Origin: Eledone cirrhosa
Taxonomy: Eukaryota
Direction: 5' to 3'
DNA: 64,000 nt
Assembly: GCA_964016885.1 (NCBI GenBank)
Contig: OZ024740.1
Span: 280,860,001 to 280,924,000 of the forward strand
Shown here: positions 41,104 to 53,868 of the stretch, in pieces
Layout: each line of letters opens with the position of its first letter
Numbering within the stretch: position 1 is the first letter of the stretch
Notes under the pieces: generated by a model
Databases searched by the model: none
What the model was told of the DNA's origin: nothing
Seen by the model: only the letters and a program-made list of their open reading frames with translations
Made by a program: the position numbers and the translations under genes

Positions 41104-41510
41104 ATTATTTATTATTTGATAAGATGAAATATATCGAAACAGTTAATATTTTGTATATTTTATAAAACCCTTTTTTTTTATAAATAGCATTTTGTCGGAT
41201 TAAAGAAGAAAAAAGAATCCTTTAAACATACTTCCATGCCGTTTCTATTCTTACATTTTTTTCTATAACCTTTATATATATATATATATAATCTTTGATA
41301 TATATATATATATCAAAGATTATATATATATATAAATCAAAGGTTATAGAAAGAAATGTAAGAATAGAAACAGCATGGAAGTATGTTTAAAGAATTCTTT
41401 TTTCTTCTTTAATCCGACAAAATGCTATTTATAAAAAAAAAGGGTTTTATAAAATATACAAAATATTACCTGTTTCGATATATTTCATCTTATCAAATAA
41501 TAAATAATAA
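41104..41510. repeat. Tail-to-tail palindrome of pLTR-like arms with U3-A8 HHR motifs (41111-41150 plus; 41462-41501 minus)
   Basis: Arms centred on (TA)n near 41305; tat TTGATAA gat..atc GAAA cagg TA ata. Confidence 0.8.
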
Positions 41511-41834
41511 AATTAAAACAAAAAAATAAAAAAATAAGTGTTGAAGAATGTATATTCATATTTCGTGTAGAATCTTATCTTAGCAAAATTAATAATCCCA
41601 AATATTTTCAGTCTTAAAAAACCATTATCAACTGAGTATCCCTGTGATGGTGATAAAGGATTGTTCGGAGATGATTTGTTAGGAAGACAGATTTAACAAA
41701 TCATCACCGATCGAGAAAAGCACGGGTGAAAAGGTTACACACATAACTAACACACACGCACACATGCTCACGCGCGCACACACACACACGCACACGCACA
41801 CACACACGCACGCGCGCACATATATATATATATG

Positions 41835-42390
41835 ATGGCTGCCCCCTCGTTATCTAGTATGGCCATTGCACTATATACCATTATTAATAATTACTAATTA
41901 ATTCTATCGGGCAATGCCTGTGCGTGAAGGTATTTTTTAAAGTGAGGAAAGACTGTGCACTGAGCCAATCCCACTCTGTGAGCGACAGTAGCTATAACCC
42001 GAAAAGAAGAAAAGATCAACATCATCGGTAACTACTGATCCGCAGGTTTTATATCGGAGTTATCCCAGTTTACTGAGTTGCCTTCTCCTAGAAGAATGCC
42101 CTGACAAAGGCTAAGGGTCCTTTACTCCCAGTGTTTTAACCGCGCGATCGGGTGTCCAGCCCGACTATTTCTATGTCCCCGCGCATATACATACAAATGC
42201 ACCCATGTATATACACATATACGTATACATATATATGTACATGTGTATATACATATTTACACACTTTTGGATGGCCGTTGACTCTTATGAGTTCTTCCGC
42301 CCTTTGTCAGGTTTTGTTTTTCGTCCTGCAGGATGTCCAAAATCCTCCTTCTTACCAAGTAAACTTGGTAGGGTAGCCGGTTTAGTCGCA
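41835..42390 (-). mobile_element. Non-autonomous RTE-derived element, interrupted
   Basis: Homologous to the RC of 35900-36090; tail gggggcagccat. Confidence 0.55.
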
Positions 42391-44205
42391 TATATAGTAA
42401 TGTGTATGTTTGCATCGGATCAATAAATATGAAAGGATCTGTGCAAATATTTAGGATGTGCACATATGAATATTCACCACCTCCTACACAAAACACACAC
42501 GCACATATATATAGTTACTGAAATTATACGTATATCTAGACTTATTCATTTTATAACTAAGAAAGTTCTAAAACCAATGCATTAGTATATAATTTATATA
42601 TCTTCTGGTGTATGATGCAATGTTTAAAGTGTGTAAAAGCGGTTAGGTACCACACATACAAACTATTACCTTACACCCACACACTCACACACACACTCAC
42701 ATACTCTCTCTCTCCCCCTCTCTCTCTCTCTCATTCCCTGTCTCTCTCACATACTCACATAAATGTATACACAATAACATTCATGCACACATATTCCTAC
42801 ATAAAGAACGCGTAGAGAAGAAAACTTGAAGTATGACTAAACACAACACATGAAAAATGTACTCGAAATTAAGAGAAAGAAAAACATACATACATACACA
42901 GGCACACAAACTCACACACTCACGCACACATATAAACACACATTCAGCCTATGAACTTTTCAGCCGACCCTCATATATAAGATTTCGTGCACTAGTAGAT
43001 TAAGTAACTAATTGATCTGGGTTAATAGATGTATCCCCTGACCAATGAATAGCTAGGGAACTCCTAGCAATTATTGTGGCGAGATTATTTAGTGTTTCCT
43101 TGAATAGTGACATAATTATAGCTTCAACTGGAAACCGATCTCTGACAGCACGTTGGATACTCAATAGGTTACATTGTATATTGCTCAACTCATCATTCAT
43201 TACTTATTTAATAGAACGTTTCTGTGCATAGGGCTATACTCCGGTGGGTTATTTATATAGGACTTGATTCATAATGGCCAACAACATCACTAACATCCGT
43301 TATTCAGTTACTGATTTATCATGAAAGTATAACTATTATTTTGGAAACTACAAACTACTTTTGTTAGCTCCACATAGTTAATTTTGAATGTCTTTCTTTC
43401 TCTTTCTGTTTCCTCTTTTACTCTCTCTCGTTCCTTCTTTCTCTCTCTCTTTCCTTCTTTCTTTTTCTCTCTTTCCTCCTTCTTTCTCTCTCTCTCTCTT
43501 TCTGTCTCTGATGTTTTCTCAAAGGAGAACACAGTAACACAACAATACCTTATGGTCCTGTAAAATGTTTTGATCCTCCATAATATAATTATTTATGAGA
43601 ATTTCTCTAGTTATAGCTCAATCGAAAAGTGTGCCCATCTTGCTGAGGTATGAGAATTGAATTTGATCCTGATGATGAAGTTGATTTACTTAAATTAACT
43701 TCGTTTGTGCGCCAGTAAAATAAAATACTATACATCAAATTATTCTTGCTGAAACATTGTATATTTGAACACGTTTTTTTAACTTTGAATAATGATTTCA
43801 GAATCAATGTTTGCATGTTATTTCTACATTTATCACATAATAAAATGTATCAATTATTGCTGTTGTACAACCCAAGTAAGCCTTAAACAAGCTGAGCTGT
43901 AGAATTTAAATAGTCCAAACGACTACGATGGTCCACAGATCATGTGCTTCTGATATACCTTGCATCCACATAGTTACGTTCCGCACGTCGACATGGATAC
44001 TTCTATTAACACAGACAAAGTAAGGACATGATGAATGTTTTCCATTGAAAGATAAGCATTCCTGTGTTCCTATCTACTCTGCGTTGCTTCATATTTTTCT
44101 TTCTGACTTTGGAAATTTAGTTGATAATGGAGTATTTCTTTGTGTTAAAGTGTCATTACTGCATTACTGCATTGCTGAAGTTGTTAATAAGAGGTAGGTG
44201 ACGAA

Positions 44206-44350
44206 TTGGAAGAGTAGATACAACATCAGATAGAATGCTTTACGGTAATCATTCCGGCTTTCTGCATTCTGCGTTCAAATCCTGCCGTAGTCAACTTTGC
44301 TTTTCAACTTTTCGAGGTTGATAAATAAAGTACCAGTTCAACACTGGTTA
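44206..44350 (+). mobile_element. Diverged tRNA-derived SINE
   Basis: gttcaaatcctgccg..gtcaactttgcttttca....cgaggttgataaataaagtaccag. Confidence 0.75.
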
Positions 44351-44840
44351 ATTTCTCTTCTATATGTATTTTGCCCTTTTCTATTTCGTTATTTCTCCCT
44401 CTCTCTCTATATATATATATATATTTCCTTCTTATTTCTCTGGAATCGACTGTATTCTGACGTGAAGTGAGATGGGCTCCAACAGGTGATTAGAACCCAA
44501 CGATAGAGGGTTTTATTGTGTAAGAACTGATAATTACTTTGCATAGTATTTTACTGTTTCTGCTCCTATATCACATGGTCCAGGCTTTTGAGATTGTTCG
44601 GTGGAAGAGGGGACATAACCTCACACACGATACTTAACTCGAATGCTATTGACATGTTGTCTTCGGCTTGGTGGTAGTGTTAACCGGGGGACAGATTATA
44701 TTCGTATTTTCTGTTTGCTATTTTTCTGCTCCTTTTACCTTTTTTTTTCTATATTATATTTTCTTGATAAGTATTTTCCCCGCTGATTTATTTTTCCGGT
44801 ATGCTACTTGTGATATTTTTTTCCAATTTCAATTATATAG

Positions 44841-45115
44841 CTTCGGTGATGGCTACAAGCCTGGGCGTAGCTGCCTTTAATGCAGAAGAGCGAAATATTA
44901 CCAAATATGTAATCCGTATGAAAATAACCGATTCATTTTCGTGGCATTCACCGTTGAGATTACTCTTGTACTCAGTCTTCGGACTATCGGTTTTTGCTTC
45001 CCCAAATCGGGACGAAGACATCCAAATCTGCAAGGTTCAATGGCTGAAGGAGCATGTGTCGCTGTCTGTTCTCAGAGGCAATATTTCCGCCATCTTGTTC
45101 GTGGATCACAATCAA
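44841..45115 (+). CDS. Candidate coding exon of an unidentified gene
   Basis: Pyrimidine tract + tag acceptor; 91 open codons (SVMATSLGVAAF...LFVDHNQ); gtttgt or gtaaat donor; non-repetitive and GC-richer than flanks. Confidence 0.33.
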
Positions 45116-45353
45116 GTTTGTAAATTTTGCTCATCTATTTCTCTCCTCCTTTCTCACTTTCTTTTTTTCAGTACATCATTAAAAACGTTTCCCTTGTTTA
45201 ATTAATTGATGTTGTGTGAAGTTGTCGTTTTGTGTTTGAGGTTGTCCCTTGGTTGTCTTTTTCAGTTGCTCAGTTAGGGTTATGTTATCGTATCTAACTT
45301 TGGGAAATGTTTATTTTAAAAGCTTCTACAATTATTTGCTTGAAAATATGAAC

Positions 45354-46285
45354 GCGGAGGCCTCCTACCTCTTCGGTCTCATAATTAGCCTTGGCAAGAC
45401 TGATGTCCTGTTCCAGCCTGCACCTGCCTCCGTCGCCCACCTCCTTCCATCTCCATTGGAGGCACCCAGCTAAAGACGGTGGACGACTTCAAGTACCTCG
45501 GCAGTATCATCAGCAGCGATGGAAGCCTCGACGAGGAGATAAACGCCAGGATCTGCAAGGCTAGTCAAGCCCTTGGCCGCCTGAGGACACGCGTCCTGAA
45601 CCAGCACAATATCAGGCAGTCCACCAAGCTCAAGGTGTACAGGGTTGTTATTCTCAGCAGACTCTTCTACGCATGTGAGACATGGACCCTGTACAGAAGG
45701 CACCTGAAGCAGCTGCAAGTGTTCTACATGCGCAGCCTGCGGTCAATCATGAACATCAAATGGCAGGACAAGGTCTCCAACCTCGAAGTTCTTGACATGG
45801 CTGAGACAACCAGTGTCGAAGCTATGATACTGAAGAGCCGACTTCGATGGGTGGGACATGTCATCCGGATGGACGATCACAGGCTTCCGAAGAAACTGAT
45901 GTATGGGGAACTCTGTTCGGGGAAACGAAAGCAGGGCAGCCCTCTCAAGAGGTTCAAGGACTGTGTGAAGCCCAGCATCAACAACACTGGAATCGCCCCA
46001 AAACAACTCGAGTCCCATGCTCAGGACAGGACTGAGTGGCGAGCCCTTACCAAACACGCCAAAGACTCTTTTGAAGAGAAGAGACGGACAGAGGTCACTA
46101 AGGCCCGTAAAAGGAGGAGAAAGTCATCAGCAGCTGCCCAAGTGACTCCGGTCTCTTCCCCTGCCCCCACTGTCCCCGTACCTGCAAGTCAAGGATCGGC
46201 CTCCACAGCCACCTTCATGCCACGGCAGACAGGAACAACAATAAAGAAGTTGTCATCATCGTTTACGATGGGCAACCAAGAAGAG
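45354..46285 (+). mobile_element. RTE/BovB-like LINE, 5'-truncated, with a 26-bp TSD
   Basis: FKYLGS..EINARICKASQALGRL..RLRWVGHVIRMDDHRLPKKLMYGEL; TSD acaattatttgcttgaaaatatgaac (45328-45353/46286-46311). Confidence 0.95.
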
Positions 46286-47479
46286 ACAATTATTTGCTTG
46301 AAAATATGAACAGTTGTTGGTTATTTGTATTTTGTTGAATTCATTGAACATTCTTATCCTGCTAATTGTGAATTCAATAAGAATTTGTAATGTTTGTGAA
46401 AGTGGTTTTTGATTGAAGAGCACCCTTGGAGGTGCTCTTCACTTGCTAATATTTGCAACTATATCTCCATTGAACTATGCCTGAAAAATATAATTTTAAA
46501 ACAATCTGCCACAACATGCTTTGAATTCACGTATGTAACGCCGGTCGAACGTGGAAACGATGCGTGTGAAAGACATATCACAACGCATATGAACACCATA
46601 TATATAGTTACAGACTCAGCATACATTGAGTATCATAGAACAAACGCAAATACAGTTTGGCTGAAAATATAGACCCCCAAACTCATATAAACACACCCGA
46701 AATTACAACAAAACGTAATACAAACAACCTTCTTCACCTTATTAAATTCTCCAACTTCAACAACGATATTATATCATTTAGAAACCGTAATTACACGTGA
46801 CGTTTTGAATTTAGTTGGACAGTGTTTTATTAGTTACTCAGAGGTGGGGGAAAGTAACGGCTACCGGTTCATTTCGAACATCTGTTGATTAACATCTGCT
46901 TTAAAAAAACAAACGAACAAACAAAAAAACGTTTTCATAGACTACAGTTCGGGCGAAAAATGATTAACAGTAGCCTGTAGTGCAAAATATTGGAGGTGAA
47001 ACATAGTAAAGGTGGCAATGTTAGATTGAATCTAGAAAAGCAAACTAATATCTTACAAAATCACAATGATTTCAGTATTCGAATTCAAAACGGAAAAGAT
47101 AAATAGTTTAAAGTACAGCTGAAATTTAATCTGTTCAAATGAGTTGATTGTAATTTATATTGAAAAATGAGATTAATTTGCGGGACAGTGAAAATATCGT
47201 TAAATCGATAACTACAGATGTTGTCCACAAGCCGTTTGTTATGATTAGGATATACTTTATTTGGTAAAACACTAAAACCTATTTGGGATAATACAATATT
47301 GGTGGTGAGTGAAGGTGGAAAAAGAGAGTGAGCTAGACTGGAGTGGAAGGGACACGAAAACAGCCAGCACTGAAAGGAGGCTACTGCAGTAGTGGTAGAA
47401 AAGGAAGAGGAAAAAGACAGCACATCTATGGAGTAGATGCTGGAATGTCCCAGTAACAGACACATTGTCAGTTAATTGA

Positions 47480-47965
47480 TTGGTCATGTTAGGAAACGTC
47501 CCAATATGGGGACCCTTGTATAGGGTTAGGTAATATTTGGAGCTGAATTATCATGTTTCTAAAGAGAAAGATCCGTCTTTAGGATACAGTTTATGACATG
47601 TTGTGGATGTGGGATCACCGGAATAGAACATTAGTGATGGTGAGAAAAGAACTAACATATGTTGTAACTGTGATTGGCTAATGATTTAGGGTGACATGGT
47701 GCAAACGTGTATCTTTGATATATAGGGTTCTTGCTATTTTTTGAGATGTTGAATAAAAACAAATTAATATGAACCCTATATAGGATATGTCCGAGGTCGC
47801 TGTTAATGGAGGCAGTGCAGGTTAAGCTACATGTCTAGATTGCAAGTGAATGACACTTGAGTATAAGGAGGAGTGAATGATGGTACTCATCTTAATATGG
47901 ACAGAGGAATAATAGGGAATGCATAGCTGAACCTTGGGGCACACCAGACTTGATAAAGTGTGCGT
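47480..47965 (-). pseudogene. Highly decayed CR1/L2/Jockey-like LINE RT relic
   Basis: SGVPQGS...LLFL motif on the minus strand at ~47900-47950; extent uncertain. Confidence 0.45.
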
Positions 47966-48000
47966 CAGAGAGAGAGAGAGTGAGAGATAGATAGATAGAT

Positions 48001-48093
<93 letters not shown>

Positions 48094-50194
48094 TTCATCA
48101 GTGACATCTATGATGGTGTTATCTGACAGGAAGTTTCTTATCTAAGAGACCGAGGATGGAGGTAGATTACATGCAGGCAGTTTATATGTTAACCGACACA
48201 AGCTTGCTGATATCAAGTGCAGTTACATTGATTTTGCCAAATTTCTCAGCGATGATATTTCGTGGGTATCAGAGGATAGCAAGTTTCGAATAAATTTTGT
48301 TTTATAACATTAAGTTATAGTTGGAAGAACTATTTTTAGACAAACGCGCATGCTTGAAGGGTCCAGGAAAATACAACATGTTAGCATACTAGGTTGTGTT
48401 TATTGTCAAACGAATATATAATTAGTTTTGTTTATTCCTAAATGAATATCTAATTAGTAGTTGGTTTTATTCCAAAACAAATATATAACTACAAATAAAT
48501 ATATAATTAGCAGTTTTTATAAATTGTGTTTGCTTGTGGTTTTAGCATAAATGTTTGAAGTTTTTTTCAATGAATGATAAAACTGTTTATTCAAAAACAC
48601 TTGTATATCCATCATATCAACTTTGTGTAGCAATACTGGCAAAGGCAGTACTTGCCTGAAGAATTCTAATATTGCCGAAACATGCCTTGTGTTTTCACCG
48701 TACCTCCAAAATTAGATAATCTCCACTGTATTTCTCGCAATCTATTTTTAATTGTTTCATACATTAGAATTTTCAGCGTTGTCTACTTTGCCTGACTTGA
48801 CCAGAATTTATCATTGAAACTTTGACAGGGTGCTATTTTATAGTTAAAGTTTATTCGATCTCTACAGAAAATATCTCTACAGTTAATATATTAACCAACG
48901 AAAACAACATGCAGTTACTATAGCCATACGATAATAATATACAAGGGATAATATAATGGCCCACGTCTATGAGTTTCTGATAATATAGTAAAACCCACAT
49001 TGCAGCGAACGAGCTCCCTGGCATTCAGAGAGATCCATGTTTTGGGTCTTTCATCATTCCATGTAGCAACAGTGAGCATTGTAACATTTTTGTGCTTTGC
49101 TTTATTTCGACTGCTGGCACGAAATCTCTAGCCAGTGGCAATTAACTAACCTGAGAGGGATGAAATAGGCAATATTTGAGACACTTTATTAGTCTCTTCC
49201 TGTCAAGAATTATGATCAATATCAGTAATGGAAGCAAATATTATCAGTAATGGAAGGACCAATAGAAATATAGCTTCCTCTATCCCGTTAGGTTACAGAG
49301 AAACAGTTGATCTTTGTATACGGCCAGTATTGCTACTGCATAGAGAGTAATGAGTCATTCGGCGCCGACGAAGTTGTTAACAACAAATGACTTGAGAATC
49401 CTCCTAGACACTCACTCCGTCAGTTGCAGACTGCGCACCAGCATGAAACATTCATCTACACAAAGTTCGATCACACACAACAGAGGAATCACAAACCCAC
49501 ACTTTCGCACACACACGAGAGAGAGAGAAAGGAAAAACAGTAAAGAACACATAAAGAGAAAAGATATGTGAACTAGACAATATATTTCCAAAATAATAAA
49601 ATAATAATAATAAAAATTGGTCAGAGAACGAAATCAACATTGTAATATATACATGGTTTTGTATTTCTCAAACGTTTCTCGTCTGAACCACATTGACAAA
49701 AAAAATAAACAAACAAAAAAATACATAAACGTAAAAAAAAAGCAAAAAACAAAACACAATCAAAGAAACAGATTTTGAGCAAACTGAACCACATTGAAGT
49801 GTCTTTTAAACACAATTTTGTGTTTCTTATTCACATACTATTCAGCCAGAAGCAGGACTGACTAAAATAATAACCATAGAAAGAAGAACTACAACAACAG
49901 CAAGTAAGTCAGCAGTCCCTGTCACAGAGTAACCAGGTCAATGAGAGCAAACATCCTTCAGATCCCAGCTTTTCAGTATTTGCTAACTTTTTCTAACTAC
50001 GTCAAGAGACAAAACATCATGACTCAACTTCTACAACTGCAAACCATTTCGTTTATATTTACAGAGAATGTGGTATGGTAAATAAATACATACATATGTA
50101 CCAGGTTCGAACACAATGAAACCAAACTTCCACTGTCAATGCCTCCGTCTCCCTCGCTCTACCCATCTCTCCCTATTATAAGCAAATGGGAGCC

Positions 50195-50620
50195 AACGCG
50201 CTGGCCACCCCGCGACCCCGCCGAACAGAATAGAGAAGGCGTTTCCCCGAAGGATGGTGAGGGAGAAGCGCTGGAAGAGCAATTCCAGCTTGCGTGGCTC
50301 ACACCTGCGGGTAGCTAACTTTGTGTCGATGGTCGGGAGTAGGGGAAGGGGAGGGCGATGGAATCTGGGCCTAGGGCACAGTAGTGTTGGGGCTGCGCCC
50401 GGTGAACAGGACAGCAAAAGCATTTCCGTGGACAATGGCCAGTGACACCCGCTACAACAGCTTCCCCACCTCGTAGGGTCACTTCCTCAGACGGGCTGCT
50501 GACGTTCCGATCTTGCGGATGAGCTCGGCAGTACGGGGTCTAAGTACGCCTGCGGGCCCGACAGCGACCGGTGTGTAGAGGAAGCGTCCGGATAATCCCC
50601 GGCACTTGTTTGTCTTCATA
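50195..50620 (-). pseudogene. Relic of a CRE-like RLE non-LTR retrotransposon C-terminus
   Basis: KTNKCRGLSGRFLYTPVAVGPAGVL...LIRKIG ... LFQRFSLTILRGNAFSIL. Confidence 0.7.
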
Positions 50621-51030
50621 TACTTGTTCTTTTCTTCCTAACTCTCCTCTCTATTTGCTACTGTCTCTCTCTCATCACGGATTCATACGACCAATTTAGC
50701 AATCCCACTCCCGTCTTCCACCTGCTCTTACCGCAAAGTTGTTTATTTGACTACTTGTCCTGACGGACAAACTTCTCCTATTCTACAGGATGTAGCCATT
50801 TAAACACCATCTGCTATCTGTCACAGTATTGTGACTAAACTTTTTCTTATTTTTTATTTATTTCTACTTTGATAAAGTGTTTAACGCGAAACATCAGATC
50901 CTCTCTTCTCTTTCTATGCGGCGTAAATATTTTCATATATATAAAGACACGGGAACACAAAAATACGAATAATGTTTGTCTACTGGAAACGTGAATAAAT
51001 ATAATGATAATACTTTGACACTTCAGTCCT

Positions 51031-51063
<33 letters not shown>

Positions 51064-51825
51064 AGGACACTAGATTGGCAGGGTCATTAGAGCGCCGGAT
51101 AACATGCTTTGCAGCAAGTGTATCGAACTAGACAAATTGAGTTTGTGCTAGTAAATTGAACTTTCCCACTCGCTCAATGAATTCACGGGACTTGCACTTC
51201 CGAAGCGCCAGTCCGGGATTCAGAGCGTACTCATTTAGTTATTAGTGGTAAGTTCAGGATTATGTGTGGGTGTAAACAATTTAGCCCGGACCAAACGAAA
51301 TCGTTGGTTTCTCCTCCGTGTCCTGTGCACTGCGGTGCAATAATTGCACCCAGTACACAGAAGCCACGCATTAAACCCAGAGTTGCTGGAAGGAATGGAC
51401 GCGGCCAGGATCAACACAGAATTTCGTCAACGGGAGCGATCCTTCTCGTTCTATCGCAAGGGTCTACCAGTGACGCAGTAGCACTTCTAACCTGCCACTG
51501 TCATCACGTGGTTTCCAAAGGCGTAGGAATACCTAGTAGGCCCAAGGTATACAACCAATCACATAATTTGGCGGTTAAATTCTAAACAGTTTGAAAATAG
51601 CGCCAGAGAAGATCTCCACTTCGAATATCGAGAAAATAACTATCAGAAATGCGTAATATGTTGAATTAATATTAAAAATACATTAAATATACATGAATAT
51701 ATAGAATATATAGAATATATAGAATATATAAGAAATACTGAAACATTCAGCTTACGATCAGAAGTATATCTGTTATGAAGGAGAATTAATATAAGTGCGT
51801 CGAACTTGTGCTAGTCTAGTTTGTA

Positions 51826-51900
<75 letters not shown>

Positions 51901-52358
51901 AATGACTTCTACCAAACTAGAACTGTTTCATTGTTTCATTCGTATGAGAAAAAATTGTTCGGCATCGTTATTTACCCAACTTATTTACCCAAACAATATT
52001 GTTTCACTTTTCAGATGATATCATACGAATGAAACAGTTTTAATCCCGTAGAAGTCATTTCTATGAATAATAAAGATGACTATACTCTACTAAAGTATTG
52101 AATCACGTTTTTAACTCCGGCCAGCTCCCGATACCCATCAAGAGTCCTCCCTTTATATACCTATCTATATACAACTAAAACTTTGTGTTTGTGTGCTTGT
52201 CTGTAATTTAAATACAGTCAAAACGTCGCATAATGGAGAAATCTTTTGAAAAGAAGTTGCTCCTGAAATGTGAATGCAACAAAATGGAATAAAACAAGTT
52301 TCGCGTAAATCGGAGCACAGGTTCCCGAGATACGGGGTTTTTCTTAGTACCTTCATAA

Positions 52359-52421
<63 letters not shown>

Positions 52422-52534
52422 AAGATAGAGAGAAAGAGATAGTGGTTGTGAGAGAGTACATTGGAAGAGAGAGATAGAGGGAAGGAGGGAAAGAGAGACG
52501 GAATGAGAGAGAGAGAAGGAAAATGGATATGTGT

Positions 52535-52619
<85 letters not shown>

Positions 52620-52621
<2 letters not shown>

Positions 52622-53012
52622 AGTAAGAATATTTTCGAAACAGCGAGTGGGTTTGAAATTATTAGAAATATAAGCTATCGCCGTATTTGACGTACATTGA
52701 CGTACATTTAGTCAAAATACGGTGATAGCTTACATTTCTAATAATTTCAAAGCCACTCGCTGTTTTGAAAATATTCTTACTTGACATTACAGTCGCTAAG
52801 TTTATAGCTTCTAATTTGAATGGAAAAAGACGGGTGATGTGTTGGTGTAAATGGTAGCACAGTGGTCCGGATAACCAAAGATGTGGGTTCGACTCCCATG
52901 TACGTTAATGTACGTTTTCCATTTCTCCGAGGGTTCTTAACCCCACTATCAGGCTAAATAATTTCTTTAATTTCTTTAGTCAAAATACGGCGATAGCTTA
53001 CATTTCTAATAA
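52620..53012 (+). mobile_element. Inverted + partial-tandem (268-bp period) non-coding element containing a tRNA-like cloverleaf
   Basis: 52620-52691 is the RC of 52711-52783; 52689-52707 is the RC of 52898-52916; direct repeat 52707-52745/52975-53013; (TA)n flanks. Confidence 0.8.
52836..52907 (+). tRNA. tRNA-like cloverleaf (pseudo-tRNA, 72 nt; nominal anticodon GGA, non-canonical loop)
   Basis: Acceptor gatgtgt/gtacgtt (GU-rich), D gtgt/gcac, anticodon tggt/acca, T gtggg-ttcgact-cccat; A and B boxes; TTTT at 52915-52918. Confidence 0.65.
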
Positions 53013-53020
53013 TAATAATA

Positions 53021-53054
<34 letters not shown>

Positions 53055-53398
53055 TTGTTGAATGAAATTATAACAAGTGACTACAAAGAATCGAATACAG
53101 CATTACTGTATCTAACTCTAATTTGGTGACTGAATATTAAGTCATATGTATCATATAACATTTGTTAGTTTGGGAAAGGATTTCTGAGTGTTTGTGTATA
53201 TATATATATAGTTGTTATATAGTAAGGTGTATTATTGGTTGTGTCATACGGTCCAATACATTTTTGTTAGCAATATTAAGTTCTCCACTCTTTTGTATAT
53301 CTCCAATTTCGTTTATGGGAACAGCTAGATTATATAAAATGGAGTATTTGTATCAAAATAAAGATCCGAAAGCATGGTATAAATTTCAAATCATTTTA

Positions 53399-53474
53399 TT
53401 CACGACACATGTTTCAATAAGAGATAGATCAATTGTGTAGCCATGATCGATTATCACTGATCTCGTCAGGTGAA
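53399..53474 (-). ncRNA. Hammerhead ribozyme in pLTR, stem II base damaged
   Basis: RC ttcac CTGACGA gatca...tgatc tatctcttatt GAAA catgtg TC gtgaa. Confidence 0.65.
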
Positions 53475-53649
53475 AATGAATTGTCTTCAAATCCTTGATA
53501 TGAGGGAGAAAATTATCGATGTTCACTCACAGAGTTTAGTCCCTCATATGAAGATCAAGCAGTCAAAACACGGCGACTGCTATGGTCCTCAGTTAGGGTC
53601 ATAAAGCTATTGTCTATGTCCCAATAGCTGTAAAAGACGCTGGACATCA

Positions 53650-53868
53650 ACCAAATCTGTAGAATTACAGTCGGTCACAGTTAATGTGAGTGGGTACACA
53701 CACACTCACACACACAGACGTGAGATTAAAGAAAAAATATATACATATACCAACATAGCATCAAATCTGTAGAACTATAGACGGTCACAGTTAGTGTGAG
53801 TGAGTACACACACACTCACACACACCGACGTGAGGTCAAAGAAAAAATATAAATATACCAACATAGTA
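53650..53868. repeat. Tandem duplication (~110-bp unit) in the PLE 3' tail
   Basis: caaatctgtagaa..cggtcacagtta.tgtgagtg.gtacacacacactcacacaca..gacgtgag..aaagaaaaaatat twice. Confidence 0.9.

Noticed and set aside
44841-44880. FGDGY motif resembling an ABCA transporter exon start
   Set aside because: The frame stops after 12 codons and there is no further ABCA similarity
48640-48700. Hammerhead-like relic (ggcagta/tattgcc GAAA catg)
   Set aside because: Core and cleavage site too degenerate to call
51235-51585. GC-richer block with short ORFs
   Set aside because: No recognisable motif or convincing splice signals
52005-52045. CAGATGA...GAAA inside inverted repeat 51901-52059
   Set aside because: Core mutated and stems unsupported; at most a relic
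52160-52340. Possible Helitron/Helentron-like 5' end
   Set aside because: No matching 3' hairpin-CTAG identified
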